Below are positions 41,496-50,081 of a DNA stretch of 64,000 nt, piece after piece. Source of the stretch: Bordetella parapertussis (GTDB lineage Bacteria; Pseudomonadota; Gammaproteobacteria; Burkholderiales; JACQAP01); the NCBI GenBank assembly GCA_945900965.1, contig CAMDKM010000003.1:73715-137714 (forward strand). The letters run 5' to 3'. A program made the translations under genes and the position numbers. The notes below the pieces were generated by a model. It made no database searches. It was not told the DNA's origin and saw only the letters and a program-made list of their open reading frames with translations. Numbering within the stretch: position 1 is the stretch's first letter; each line of letters starts with the position of its first letter.

Positions 41496-42245
41496 ATGGA
41501 GCTGAAGGGCAGAGTGGCACTCGTGACCGGAGGCAATGGCGGCTTGGGTCAGCGCATCTGCCACGCGCTGGCGCGTGCGGGCTGCGATGTGGCGGTGGTG
41601 TATGCGCGTAGCCAGGGCGATGCGGAAAAAATCGCACGGGATCTAGTGAGCACGGGTGTTCGCGCGCAGGCCCTGGCGTGCGATGTGACCGATCCCTCGC
41701 AAGTACAGGCGTTGTCCGAGCGCGCGCTGAGTGCTTTTGGGCGGGTGGACATCTTGGTCAACGACGCCGCCTACAACAAATGGATTCCCTTCAACGATCT
41801 GGACGCCATTACCTTTGACGAGTGGCAGAAAATCCTGTCGGTGAACCTCACCGGCCCGATGCTGTGCATCAAGCACCTCGCTCCGGCGTTGCGCCGCAAC
41901 GGTACCGGGCGCATCGTCAATATCTCGTCTATCGCAGGTTTGGGTCCTCAGGGCTCGTCCATTCCCTACGCCGTCTCCAAGGCGGGCCTGATCCATCTCA
42001 CGCGCTGCATGGCCGTGGGTTTGGCGCCCGATATTCTGGTGAATTGCGTGGCCCCGGGCTATCTGGAGGACACGCGCGCCACCAACAATCTCGATCCCGC
42101 CTTTCGGCAACGCGCGAGAGAAGGATCTCTTCTGAAGCGAGCCGCCGATAAAGACGACGTAGCGCGACAAGTGGTCGGTCTATGCGAAACCGACAGCATT
42201 ACGGGGCAGACAATCGTGGTGGACGCCGGCCGGTTCTTTCACTGA
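41496..42245 (+). CDS. SDR family NAD(P)-dependent oxidoreductase
   Basis: TGGNGGLG; LVNDAA; YAVSK. Confidence 0.9.
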   Translation: MELKGRVALVTGGNGGLGQRICHALARAGCDVAVVYARSQGDAEKIARDLVSTGVRAQALACDVTDPSQVQALSERALSAFGRVDILVNDAAYNKWIPFNDLDAITFDEWQKILSVNLTGPMLCIKHLAPALRRNGTGRIVNISSIAGLGPQGSSIPYAVSKAGLIHLTRCMAVGLAPDILVNCVAPGYLEDTRATNNLDPAFRQRAREGSLLKRAADKDDVARQVVGLCETDSITGQTIVVDAGRFFH

Positions 42246-42267
42246 AGGCTAATGCTATGCAATCGAA

Positions 42268-42588
42268 TCAAAGGGGCCAGGCTCGAAGATTCCATTCCGT
42301 TGGCAATTCGCTTGCGTCCACGACATCCACCCGCATCGGCAAGTCGCTTTCGCTGAAAGCTTCGCGTAGCGCAAACGTCTGCTCCGGTTGCAGCGGTGGT
42401 CCCTCCAGCGCCAGATCGAGATCGGAATGCGGTTTGAGCCGCTGTCGATCTTCGGAGCTCAACACGACGCGTGAACCGAACACGAAAGCACGATGATGCG
42501 CTGCGTGAGTATTCAGAACCTGCGTCACTGTCGCCAACTGGTTCGGCGCCAATACCAGTTCTTGTCCCAGGCGGTTTTCTAGATTCAT
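42268..42588 (-). CDS. Minimal nucleotidyltransferase (MNT) antitoxin-like protein
   Basis: VFGSR...SDLDL; SDLPMRVDVVD. Confidence 0.8.
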   Translation of the reverse strand: MNLENRLGQELVLAPNQLATVTQVLNTHAAHHRAFVFGSRVVLSSEDRQRLKPHSDLDLALEGPPLQPEQTFALREAFSESDLPMRVDVVDASELPTEWNLRAWPL

Positions 42589-42983
42589 TTTGACGTAGCG
42601 CGCAAATTGGCAAGCAGGACTTCGGCATCCCGCAACAACGCAGGTAGCGCGTCGAACACCCGTGCGGCCTTGGCCGGATCGTAGACATGCGCGGTAATGT
42701 TGCGCAATTCGCGATAAGCGAACCAGGGCGTTTCGGCTGAGAGCAGTCCGCGCTCGATACCTGAACGGATCATGTCACGATAACCCAGCGCATCCACCTC
42801 GGATGGTGTATCGGACATGGCTTCGAGTTGGCGACGCAGCGATTTGACGCACAGTTCGTAAGTGTATTTAAAACGCTGAATGGAAGCATCGCGTACGAAC
42901 TCATCTCGCAGTCGAACCTTGGAAGCTTCCAGGGCCGCTGACAAAGATGCAATCGCTTTGGTTAATGAAGTGAAATCGAGCAT
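42585..42983 (-). CDS. HI0074-family HEPN (nucleotidyltransferase substrate-binding) protein
   Basis: RDASIQRFKYTYEL; RNITAHVY (RX4HXY); ATGA overlap with the MNT gene. Confidence 0.85.
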   Translation of the reverse strand: MLDFTSLTKAIASLSAALEASKVRLRDEFVRDASIQRFKYTYELCVKSLRRQLEAMSDTPSEVDALGYRDMIRSGIERGLLSAETPWFAYRELRNITAHVYDPAKAARVFDALPALLRDAEVLLANLRATSK

Positions 42984-43179
42984 CGACTTTGCTCAATAGG
43001 ATCAATAATAAGCATACTACATTCGGATACTGGATTTGAGCAGTTGTTCCATGGCGGTAGTCCATGGCTGCTCCTCCCGCCGGTAAATCGATACGCCGAA
43101 ATCGAAATTCCAAGTCCCTGAGCGCCGTTGATCCAGGAGCATGCGGCTGCGGCGCCCAAACGCGACGCGGGAAGTTCTC

Positions 43180-44415
43180 TCAGTCGTATTTGCGCAAATC
43201 CTCGATCACCTTGCCATCGTTCGGCAGCGAGCCGGCTTCGGTGAATTCGACTTCACCGCGCAGCTTGCAGATATCGCGCAGCGATGCTGCGATGGCTTGC
43301 GCGAGACTGTCGCTGCGGTTGCGGACTTCGCAGCGCAGGGTCATGCGATCGTTTTTCTCGGCATCGTGATCCACGGTGAGGCGGGCGCGGGTGATTTCGG
43401 GATGGCGTTTGATCACGTCGTTCACCTGCGAGGGATGTACGAACATGCCTTTGACTTTGGTGGTCTGATCGGCGCGACCCATCCAGCCTTTGATGCGCAT
43501 GTTGGTGCGGCCGCAGGGGCTTTTGCCGGCGGCGAGCGCCGACAAGTCGCCAGTTGCGAAACGAATCAGCGGATATTCGCTACATAGCGTGGTGACGACC
43601 ACTTCTCCGACTTCACCGGGCTGCACCGGGTCACCGGTGCCGGGACGCAGGATTTCTACGATGACGCCTTCGTCGATGATCAGCCCACCCATGGGTTCGG
43701 TCTCGTAAGCGATTAGTCCCAGGTCAGCACTGCCGTAACTTTGCCGTACTTCGATGCCGCGCGCCTTGAGCCATTCGCGCACCGGGGGCAGCAAGGCCTC
43801 GCCACCGACGCTGGCTTTTTTCAAACTGGAGACATCAGCCTTCAATTCTTCGGCTCTTTCGAGAAGAATTTTGAGGAAGGACGGCGTGCCAGCATATGCG
43901 CTGGGCTTTAGATCGGCGATTGTGGCGACCTGCATTTCGGTCTGCCCGACGCCGGCCGGAAATACCGCGCAGCCGATGGCTTGCGCGCCCAGATCCATCA
44001 TGAACCCGGCGGGTGTGAAGTGATAGCTGAAGGTGTTATGCACCAGATCGCCACGCCGGAAACCGGCGGCATAAAGCGCGCGACCGAAACGCCAGAAATC
44101 GCCGCGACCACCCTGGGGATCGTAAATCGGGCCCGGCGAGGCAAACACCCGGCTCAGGCCTCCAACGGCAACAGTCGTCATCCCTGCAAAGGGCGGCGCA
44201 GCTTTTTGAAGGTCAATCAGGGCGGACTTGCGGGTAACCGGCAGGTGCGCGAGAGCCTTGCGATCACGAACGGCTGCCGGATCGACGTCTTTAAGCAATG
44301 CAGAGAAATACGGAGCCGCGGATTTCGCATGGGCAATTTGTCCTGGCAGCGATGCGAACAAAGCTTGTTCGCGCTGCTCCGGGTCGCGGGTTTCCAGGTC
44401 GTCGTAGTAGTCCAT
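43180..44415 (-). CDS. Phenylacetate-CoA ligase family (AMP-binding) protein
   Basis: FASPGPIY; YAGTPSFL; YPLIRFATGD; GWMGRADQTTKVKGMFV. Confidence 0.82.
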   Translation of the reverse strand: MDYYDDLETRDPEQREQALFASLPGQIAHAKSAAPYFSALLKDVDPAAVRDRKALAHLPVTRKSALIDLQKAAPPFAGMTTVAVGGLSRVFASPGPIYDPQGGRGDFWRFGRALYAAGFRRGDLVHNTFSYHFTPAGFMMDLGAQAIGCAVFPAGVGQTEMQVATIADLKPSAYAGTPSFLKILLERAEELKADVSSLKKASVGGEALLPPVREWLKARGIEVRQSYGSADLGLIAYETEPMGGLIIDEGVIVEILRPGTGDPVQPGEVGEVVVTTLCSEYPLIRFATGDLSALAAGKSPCGRTNMRIKGWMGRADQTTKVKGMFVHPSQVNDVIKRHPEITRARLTVDHDAEKNDRMTLRCEVRNRSDSLAQAIAASLRDICKLRGEVEFTEAGSLPNDGKVIEDLRKYD

Positions 44416-44422
44416 CCTTGTG

Positions 44423-44545
44423 GTGAGGCGTGAGGGGTGAGGCGAGAGGCGTAACTACTGCGGTTTCGCCGCCTCACGCCTCACGCCTTACGCCTCTCGG
44501 CATTCAGGTAGTTCCCTCAATCCTCGATCCCCGATCCTCAATCCT
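44423..44545. repeat. Inverted (GTGAGGC)x4 / (GCCTCAC)x4 array, then a (CCTCGAT)x4 tandem
   Basis: Read directly at 44423-44453, 44471-44498 and 44515-44545. Confidence 0.85.
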
Positions 44546-44549
44546 GCTT

Positions 44550-45368
44550 TCAAGCCAGCCACCGCTTGCGCCGTCGATAATGTTTCGAGTCGCGGAAACT
44601 CTTGCGGCCGGCGGTGGAAAGGCCGAGGTAGAACTCCTTTACGTCTTCGTTGTTCGCAAGATCGGCGGCAGGGCCGTTCATGACCACACGACCGTTTTCC
44701 AGAATGTAACCGTAATCGGCGTTTCGCAGCGCGACATTGGTGTTCTGTTCGGCGAGCAGGAAGCTCACGTTTTCCGTCTTGTTCAGATTGCGCACGATGG
44801 AAAAAATCTCGTCCACGATCTGTGGCGCCAAGCCCATCGAGGGTTCATCGAGCAGGATCATGCTCGGCTTGGCCATCAGGGCGCGGCCGATGGCGGTCAT
44901 CTGCTGTTCGCCGCCCGAGGTATAACCCGCCTGACTCTTGCGCCGTTCCTTCAGGCGCGGAAAGAAGGCATAAACCTTTTCCAGGTTGGCGGCAATCTCG
45001 TTGCGGCTCGCGTGTCTGGTGAAAGCGCCGGTGAGCAGATTTTCTTCCACCGTCAGATGTGCGAAGCAATGGCGGCCTTCCATGACCTGCACCACTCCGC
45101 GCTTGACCAGTTCCGAGGGATTTAATGCCTCGACCCGTTCGCCGCGAAATTCGATCGAGCCCTTGGTGACATCGCCACGCTCGGCGCGAAGCAGATTCGA
45201 AATCGATTTGAGCGTCGTGGACTTGCCGGCACCGTTGGCACCCAGCAGCGCCACCACGCCGCCTTCCGGGACGTCCAGGGACACACCCTTCAACACCAGA
45301 ATGACGTGATCGTAGATCACCTCGATGTTTTTCAGGGCCAGCAGCGGTGCGGAAGCGGTGGACATCAT
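44550..45368 (-). CDS. ABC ATP-binding protein (LivF-like)
   Basis: GANGAGKS; TSGGEQQM; LDEPSMGLAP. Confidence 0.9.
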   Translation of the reverse strand: MMSTASAPLLALKNIEVIYDHVILVLKGVSLDVPEGGVVALLGANGAGKSTTLKSISNLLRAERGDVTKGSIEFRGERVEALNPSELVKRGVVQVMEGRHCFAHLTVEENLLTGAFTRHASRNEIAANLEKVYAFFPRLKERRKSQAGYTSGGEQQMTAIGRALMAKPSMILLDEPSMGLAPQIVDEIFSIVRNLNKTENVSFLLAEQNTNVALRNADYGYILENGRVVMNGPAADLANNEDVKEFYLGLSTAGRKSFRDSKHYRRRKRWLA

Positions 45369-45403
45369 AGTTTCCGAGCGAACAGGGTTTGGCTTGTCGA
45401 ACG

Positions 45404-45532
45404 CCCCCCTCCCCCTTGACGGGGGAGGGTAGGGGAGAGGGTGACGAACAGGAAGGCGAATTTCATGTGATGATCAGATTGCATATTGCTTTTGCCCCCT
45501 CTCCCTGACCCTCTCCCGCGAGGGGAGAGGGG
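45404..45532. repeat. BoxC/REP-like paired palindromes (CCCTCTCCC..GGGAGAGGG)
   Basis: CCCCCCTCCCCCTTGACGGGGGAGGGTAGGGGAGAGGG ... CCCCCTCTCCCTGACCCTCTCCCGCGAGGGGAGAGGGG. Confidence 0.75.
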
Positions 45533-45596
45533 ACTCATTGGTTTACATTTTTCAACAATTTGCCGGGGTGGAGCTTCACGCCTTAATTCTTTAACG

Positions 45597-45625
45597 CTAG
45601 CCCCAAGTCCCTAGTCCCCAGCCCC
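45597..45625. repeat. STRR1-like heptamer tandem (CCAGTCC-like x4)
   Basis: ctagccc caagtcc ctagtcc ccagccc. Confidence 0.6.
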
Positions 45626-45631
45626 TGCCGT

Positions 45632-46948
45632 TCAGGCCTTGCAATCCTTCGGCGTGATGTTCTTTTCCTTGGCGTATTTCGCGGCGGTCTCTTCCACCAT
45701 AGGGCGCAGGATCGAGTTGTCGCCTTCCAGCCAGTCGGACACAAATTTCCACTGCGAGCCGTCCCACTGGTGAATGCGGGCATGACGCACGCCTTCGTGA
45801 TCCAGGCAGGAGACTTTCAGAGGTTGAAGGATGCCGGCAAAGCCCAGTTTGGCGATGCGGCCTTGATCGAGATTCAGGTTCTCAATCCCCCAACGCACTT
45901 GTTCACCGGTGAGGGGCTTCTTTCCGAATTTTCCTTGCGCGGTGCGTATCGACTCCACCACCAGCATTGCGTTAAGCATGCCGCGGTTATAGAGCACATG
46001 ACCGACGTCTTCTTTCTTGGTCGCGCCTTTGCCCTTGTCGTAGACGAATTTCAGGATATCGGCGTGGACCGCACTTTTTCCGGACGAATGCTGGAGCGCG
46101 ATGCCGTTGTAGCCTTTCGCATCCTCGCCGGCGGGAAGCACGTCCGGTTCGGCCGAAGCCCACCAGACACCAAACATTTTCTCGCGCGGATAACCGACGG
46201 CCACGGCTTCCTTGATCGCCGTGGAGTTCATGACGCCCCAACCCCATAGCAGAACGTAGTCGGGACGAGCCTGGCGCACTTGCAGCCAAGCTGCCTTCTG
46301 CTCTACACCGGGATGGGTCACCGGAAGGGTGACCAGTTCAAAGCCGTGACGTTTGGCGCGAGCCTGCAAAAGCGGAATTGGCTCCTTGCCGTAAGGCGAA
46401 TCGTGATAAACCAGCGTGATCTTCTTGCCCTTTAGATTGTCCAGTCCGCCGTTGAGCTTCCCCAAGTGTTGAATAAGAATGTCGGCGGCCGTCCAGTAGG
46501 TGCCGAGCAGGGGAAAATTCCACTGGAAAACCCGGCCATCGGCCGATTCGGACCGACCGTAGCCCATGGTAATGAGTGGAATCTTGTCGCCCAGCGTCTT
46601 GTCGGTCAGCGCATAGGTAATACCTGTGGACAGCGGGCTGAACACGGCGGCCCCGGTCGGGCCTTTTCCCTTGAGGCGCTCGTAACATTCCACGCCACGG
46701 TCGGTCTTGTATTCCGTTTCGCATTCTTCCCAGATTAGTTTGACTCCGTTGATGCCGCCGTCGCGGGCGTCCACCAGATTCAGATAATCCACGAAGCCGT
46801 TGGCAAAAGGCGCGCCGTTGGGTGCATAGGGCCCGGTGCGATACACCAGGACCGGAATAAATTGTTCGTTCTCCGCCGCAACGGCCGGGCCGCCCAGACC
46901 GGCGAACGTCGCCAGCAACATCAACCACTTGTTTAACATGCGTTTCAT
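45632..46948 (-). CDS. Liv-type ABC substrate-binding protein
   Basis: Signal peptide; YRTGPYAPNG; DRGVECYERLK; YHDSPYGKEP. Confidence 0.88.
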   Translation of the reverse strand: MKRMLNKWLMLLATFAGLGGPAVAAENEQFIPVLVYRTGPYAPNGAPFANGFVDYLNLVDARDGGINGVKLIWEECETEYKTDRGVECYERLKGKGPTGAAVFSPLSTGITYALTDKTLGDKIPLITMGYGRSESADGRVFQWNFPLLGTYWTAADILIQHLGKLNGGLDNLKGKKITLVYHDSPYGKEPIPLLQARAKRHGFELVTLPVTHPGVEQKAAWLQVRQARPDYVLLWGWGVMNSTAIKEAVAVGYPREKMFGVWWASAEPDVLPAGEDAKGYNGIALQHSSGKSAVHADILKFVYDKGKGATKKEDVGHVLYNRGMLNAMLVVESIRTAQGKFGKKPLTGEQVRWGIENLNLDQGRIAKLGFAGILQPLKVSCLDHEGVRHARIHQWDGSQWKFVSDWLEGDNSILRPMVEETAAKYAKEKNITPKDCKA

Positions 46949-47026
46949 TTCACTTCCTCCTTATTATCAGGATGCCATTCGGCTTGCCACCTCAGGTTCC
47001 CATTCAACGTTCTTCTACTCAAAAGG

Positions 47027-48091
47027 TTAATACGGAAACGGCCATAAGCGCAGCTTTTCCTTGGCGATGCGCAGCAGCCGCGCCAGACCCAGCGGCTCCA
47101 CCACCAGAAAGAACACGATCAGACCGCCGAAAATCATGAACTCCAGATGCGAAACAAAAGCCGTTGACCAATTCAGCCCCAGCCATTTCGGAGTCTGATT
47201 CAACAGGATCGGCAGCACGGTAATAAAGGCCGCGCCAAAAAAACATCCGATGATGGAACCCAGCCCCCCTATGATGATCATGAACAGAATGCTGAAAGAA
47301 CGGTTGATGTCAAAGGCCGCCGCCTCCCATGAGCCCAGATGTACGAAGGCCCACAAAGCCCCGGCAACCCCGATAAAAAACGAACTGACCGCGAATGCCG
47401 AAAGTTTGGCATACATTGGCCGGATGCCGATGATCTCCGCCGCCACATCCATGTCGCGGGTGGCCATCCAAGCCCGTCCCATTCGCCCCCGAACGAGATT
47501 CTTCGCGATCAGCGCAAACAGCGTCAACAGCGCGAGGCAGAGAAAATACTTCTCCGTCGGAGAATCCAGCGTCCAGGCGAACAGAGTGATATCCGGCGCG
47601 GAAATCGAGCCAGACGGCGTGTAGTTGGTAAACCACTTGACGCGATTGAACAGCCATTCCAGAAAGAACTGCGCCGCGAGTGTTGCCACCGCGAGATAAA
47701 AACCCTTGATGCGCAGACTGGGAATGCCAAACAGTATACCCACCAGGGTGGCAAAACCTCCCGAGAGCAGAATGGCCACGATCGGGTTGAGTTCCGGAAT
47801 GCGCACGCACAGGTTGTAGGCCGCGTAAGCGCCCACCGCCATGAAACCGCCGGTGCCCAGCGACATCTGCCCGCAATAGCCCACCAGCAGGTTCAGCCCC
47901 AGTGCCGCGAGCGACATGATGAGAAACGGAATGAAAATCGCCCGGAACAGATATTCGCTGGCGAACATCGGCACCAGTACAAATCCTGCAATGAGAAAAG
48001 CGCCCAGCACCCAGCGGTCCTGGACGATCGGGAACACCGACTGATCGGCGCCGTAGGTGGTTTTGAATTGGCCGGATTCTCTATAGAACAT
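47027..48091 (-). CDS. Liv-type ABC permease (LivM-like)
   Basis: MFYRESGQF; GYCGQMSLG; LRIKGFYLAVATLA. Confidence 0.88.
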   Translation of the reverse strand: MFYRESGQFKTTYGADQSVFPIVQDRWVLGAFLIAGFVLVPMFASEYLFRAIFIPFLIMSLAALGLNLLVGYCGQMSLGTGGFMAVGAYAAYNLCVRIPELNPIVAILLSGGFATLVGILFGIPSLRIKGFYLAVATLAAQFFLEWLFNRVKWFTNYTPSGSISAPDITLFAWTLDSPTEKYFLCLALLTLFALIAKNLVRGRMGRAWMATRDMDVAAEIIGIRPMYAKLSAFAVSSFFIGVAGALWAFVHLGSWEAAAFDINRSFSILFMIIIGGLGSIIGCFFGAAFITVLPILLNQTPKWLGLNWSTAFVSHLEFMIFGGLIVFFLVVEPLGLARLLRIAKEKLRLWPFPY

Positions 48092-48092
48092 G

Positions 48093-48230
48093 GTGAGGCG
48101 AAAGGCGTAAGGCGTGAGGCGAAAAAAGAAAGGCATTAACGCAGCATCCGTTGCGGCGATGACTTGATACGAGTTCAAGCGAAAAGCAAACGCGAGTTTC
48201 CCGCCTCACGCCTTTCGCCTCACGCCTCAC
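48093..48230. repeat. Inverted (GTGAGGC)n heptamer array
   Basis: gtgaggc gaaaggc gtaaggc gtgaggc ... gcctcac gcctttc gcctcac gcctcac. Confidence 0.85.
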
Positions 48231-48237
48231 CTTTACT

Positions 48238-49140
48238 TCACACCCGATCAATGTGCTTCTCCCCAAACAGGCCCTCGGGCCGGAACAGCAGGAACACGAG
48301 CGCCAGAACATAAGCAAACCAGTTTTCGATGCCGCCGCCGACAAAAGGACCCAGATAAATTTCCGCCAGTTTTTCGCCCGAGCCGATGATCAGGCCCCCG
48401 ACGATGGCGCCCAGAATGGATTCGAAGCCCCCCAGTATCAGTACCGGAAGCGCTTTCAAGGCAATCAGCGAAAGCGAAAACTGCACACCCAGCTTGGAGC
48501 CCCAGGCCATGCCCGCCACCAGTGCGACCAGTCCGGCCACACCCCAGACGATGACCCAGATGTAATTGAGCGGAATGCCGACCGATTGTGCGGCCTGGTG
48601 ATCGTCGGCCACGGCGCGCAGGGCACGGCCGATGCGCGTCTTCTGAAAGAAAAACGCCAACCCTGCAACCAAAATGCCGGCGGCGACCGCGGCGACCAGA
48701 TCCTCGCTCGGCACCAGGATGCCGCCCTCGAATACGCTTTCGAAAAGCATCAGCGGTTTTTTGGGAATGCCCAGATCGAGTGTGTAGACGTCGCTGCCCC
48801 AGATGGTCTGACCCAGGCCATCGAGGAAATACGATACGCCGAGTGTCGCCATAAAGAGAGCTATGCCCGGCTGGTTCACCAGAGGCCGGAGCACGATACG
48901 TTCGATTATCACCGCCAACAGGGCCATAATCAGAATGGTCAGGATCAGCGCCACCATAAATGGCAGATGAAAGATCTCCATCAGCCGCACGAAAGTCAGC
49001 GCGGCGAACAACACCATGGCGCCTTGCGCAAAGTTGAACACGCCTGAGGCTTTGAAAATTAGCACAAAACCCAGAGCCACCAGCGAGTAGAGCACTCCCG
49101 CCAGAAGGCCACCGATGAGAACTTCGAGGAAGAAGGCCAT
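48238..49140 (-). CDS. Liv-type ABC permease (LivH-like)
   Basis: GFVLIFKASGVFNFAQG; ALRAVADD; RPEGLFG. Confidence 0.9.
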   Translation of the reverse strand: MAFFLEVLIGGLLAGVLYSLVALGFVLIFKASGVFNFAQGAMVLFAALTFVRLMEIFHLPFMVALILTILIMALLAVIIERIVLRPLVNQPGIALFMATLGVSYFLDGLGQTIWGSDVYTLDLGIPKKPLMLFESVFEGGILVPSEDLVAAVAAGILVAGLAFFFQKTRIGRALRAVADDHQAAQSVGIPLNYIWVIVWGVAGLVALVAGMAWGSKLGVQFSLSLIALKALPVLILGGFESILGAIVGGLIIGSGEKLAEIYLGPFVGGGIENWFAYVLALVFLLFRPEGLFGEKHIDRV

Positions 49141-49147
49141 TTAGGCG

Positions 49148-49286
49148 GTGAGGCGTGAGGCGAGAAGCGTGAGGCGTGACTGCCCAAGGCGGTCGCCAGC
49201 CGTGATCCATTGCCAGTTGGGGTGGTTTGACACGGTTATCTCGATATTAGGGATTGTGTTCTTATGCCTCACGCTTCTCGCCTCAC
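49148..49286. repeat. Inverted (GTGAGGC)n heptamer array
   Basis: gtgaggc gtgaggc gagaagc gtgaggc ... gcctcac gcttctc gcctcac. Confidence 0.85.
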
Positions 49287-49289
49287 CAT

Positions 49290-50081
49290 TTAGTGTGCCA
49301 CACCCAAATACGCATCGATCACGGTCTGGTTGGCGCGGATCTCATCAGGGGTGCCTTCGCCGATCTTGCGGCCGTAGTCGAGCACGACGATGCGGTCGCA
49401 GAGGTCCATTACCACGCCCATATCGTGTTCGATCAACACAATCGTGGTGCCGAATTCTTCGTTGACGTCCAGCACGAAGCGGCACATGTCCTGTTTTTCC
49501 TCGACGTTCATGCCGGCCATGGGTTCATCAAGCAGCAGCAGGGTGGGCTCCGCCGCGAGTGCGCGGGCCAGTTCGACGCGTTTTTGCAGACCGTAAGGCA
49601 GGCGTCCGACCGGCGTCTTGCGAATATGCTCGATCTGCAGGAAATCGATGATGCGTTCGACTTTTTCGCGGTGTTCCAGTTCTTCGCGTTGCGCTCGACC
49701 GAAATACAGGCATTGGGCGAGGAATCCGGCATGCATTTTCAAAGTGCGGCCGGTCATGATGTTGTCGAGCACGCTCATGCCTTTGAACAGCGCGATGTTC
49801 TGAAACGTGCGCGCGATGCCTCGTGTTGCTGCTTCGTGCGGACGCATCTGCGCGTGGGTCACGCCACGGTAAGTGATGCGCCCCTGCCCCGGGTGGTAAA
49901 CACCGTTGATCACATTGAGCATGGAGCTCTTGCCGGCGCCGTTGGGTCCGATGATCGCGAAAATCTCCCGCTCGCGGACTTGAAAGCTCACCCCGGAGAG
50001 CGCTTTCACGCCGCCGAAGGCGAGCGAAATATCCTCAACTGCCAGAATCGGTTCGCCGAGTGTTCGCGTCATGCTCGTCAT
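49290..50081 (-). CDS. ABC ATP-binding protein (LivG-like)
   Basis: GPNGAGKS; LPYGLQKRVE; LDEPMAG. Confidence 0.9.
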   Translation of the reverse strand: MTSMTRTLGEPILAVEDISLAFGGVKALSGVSFQVREREIFAIIGPNGAGKSSMLNVINGVYHPGQGRITYRGVTHAQMRPHEAATRGIARTFQNIALFKGMSVLDNIMTGRTLKMHAGFLAQCLYFGRAQREELEHREKVERIIDFLQIEHIRKTPVGRLPYGLQKRVELARALAAEPTLLLLDEPMAGMNVEEKQDMCRFVLDVNEEFGTTIVLIEHDMGVVMDLCDRIVVLDYGRKIGEGTPDEIRANQTVIDAYLGVAH

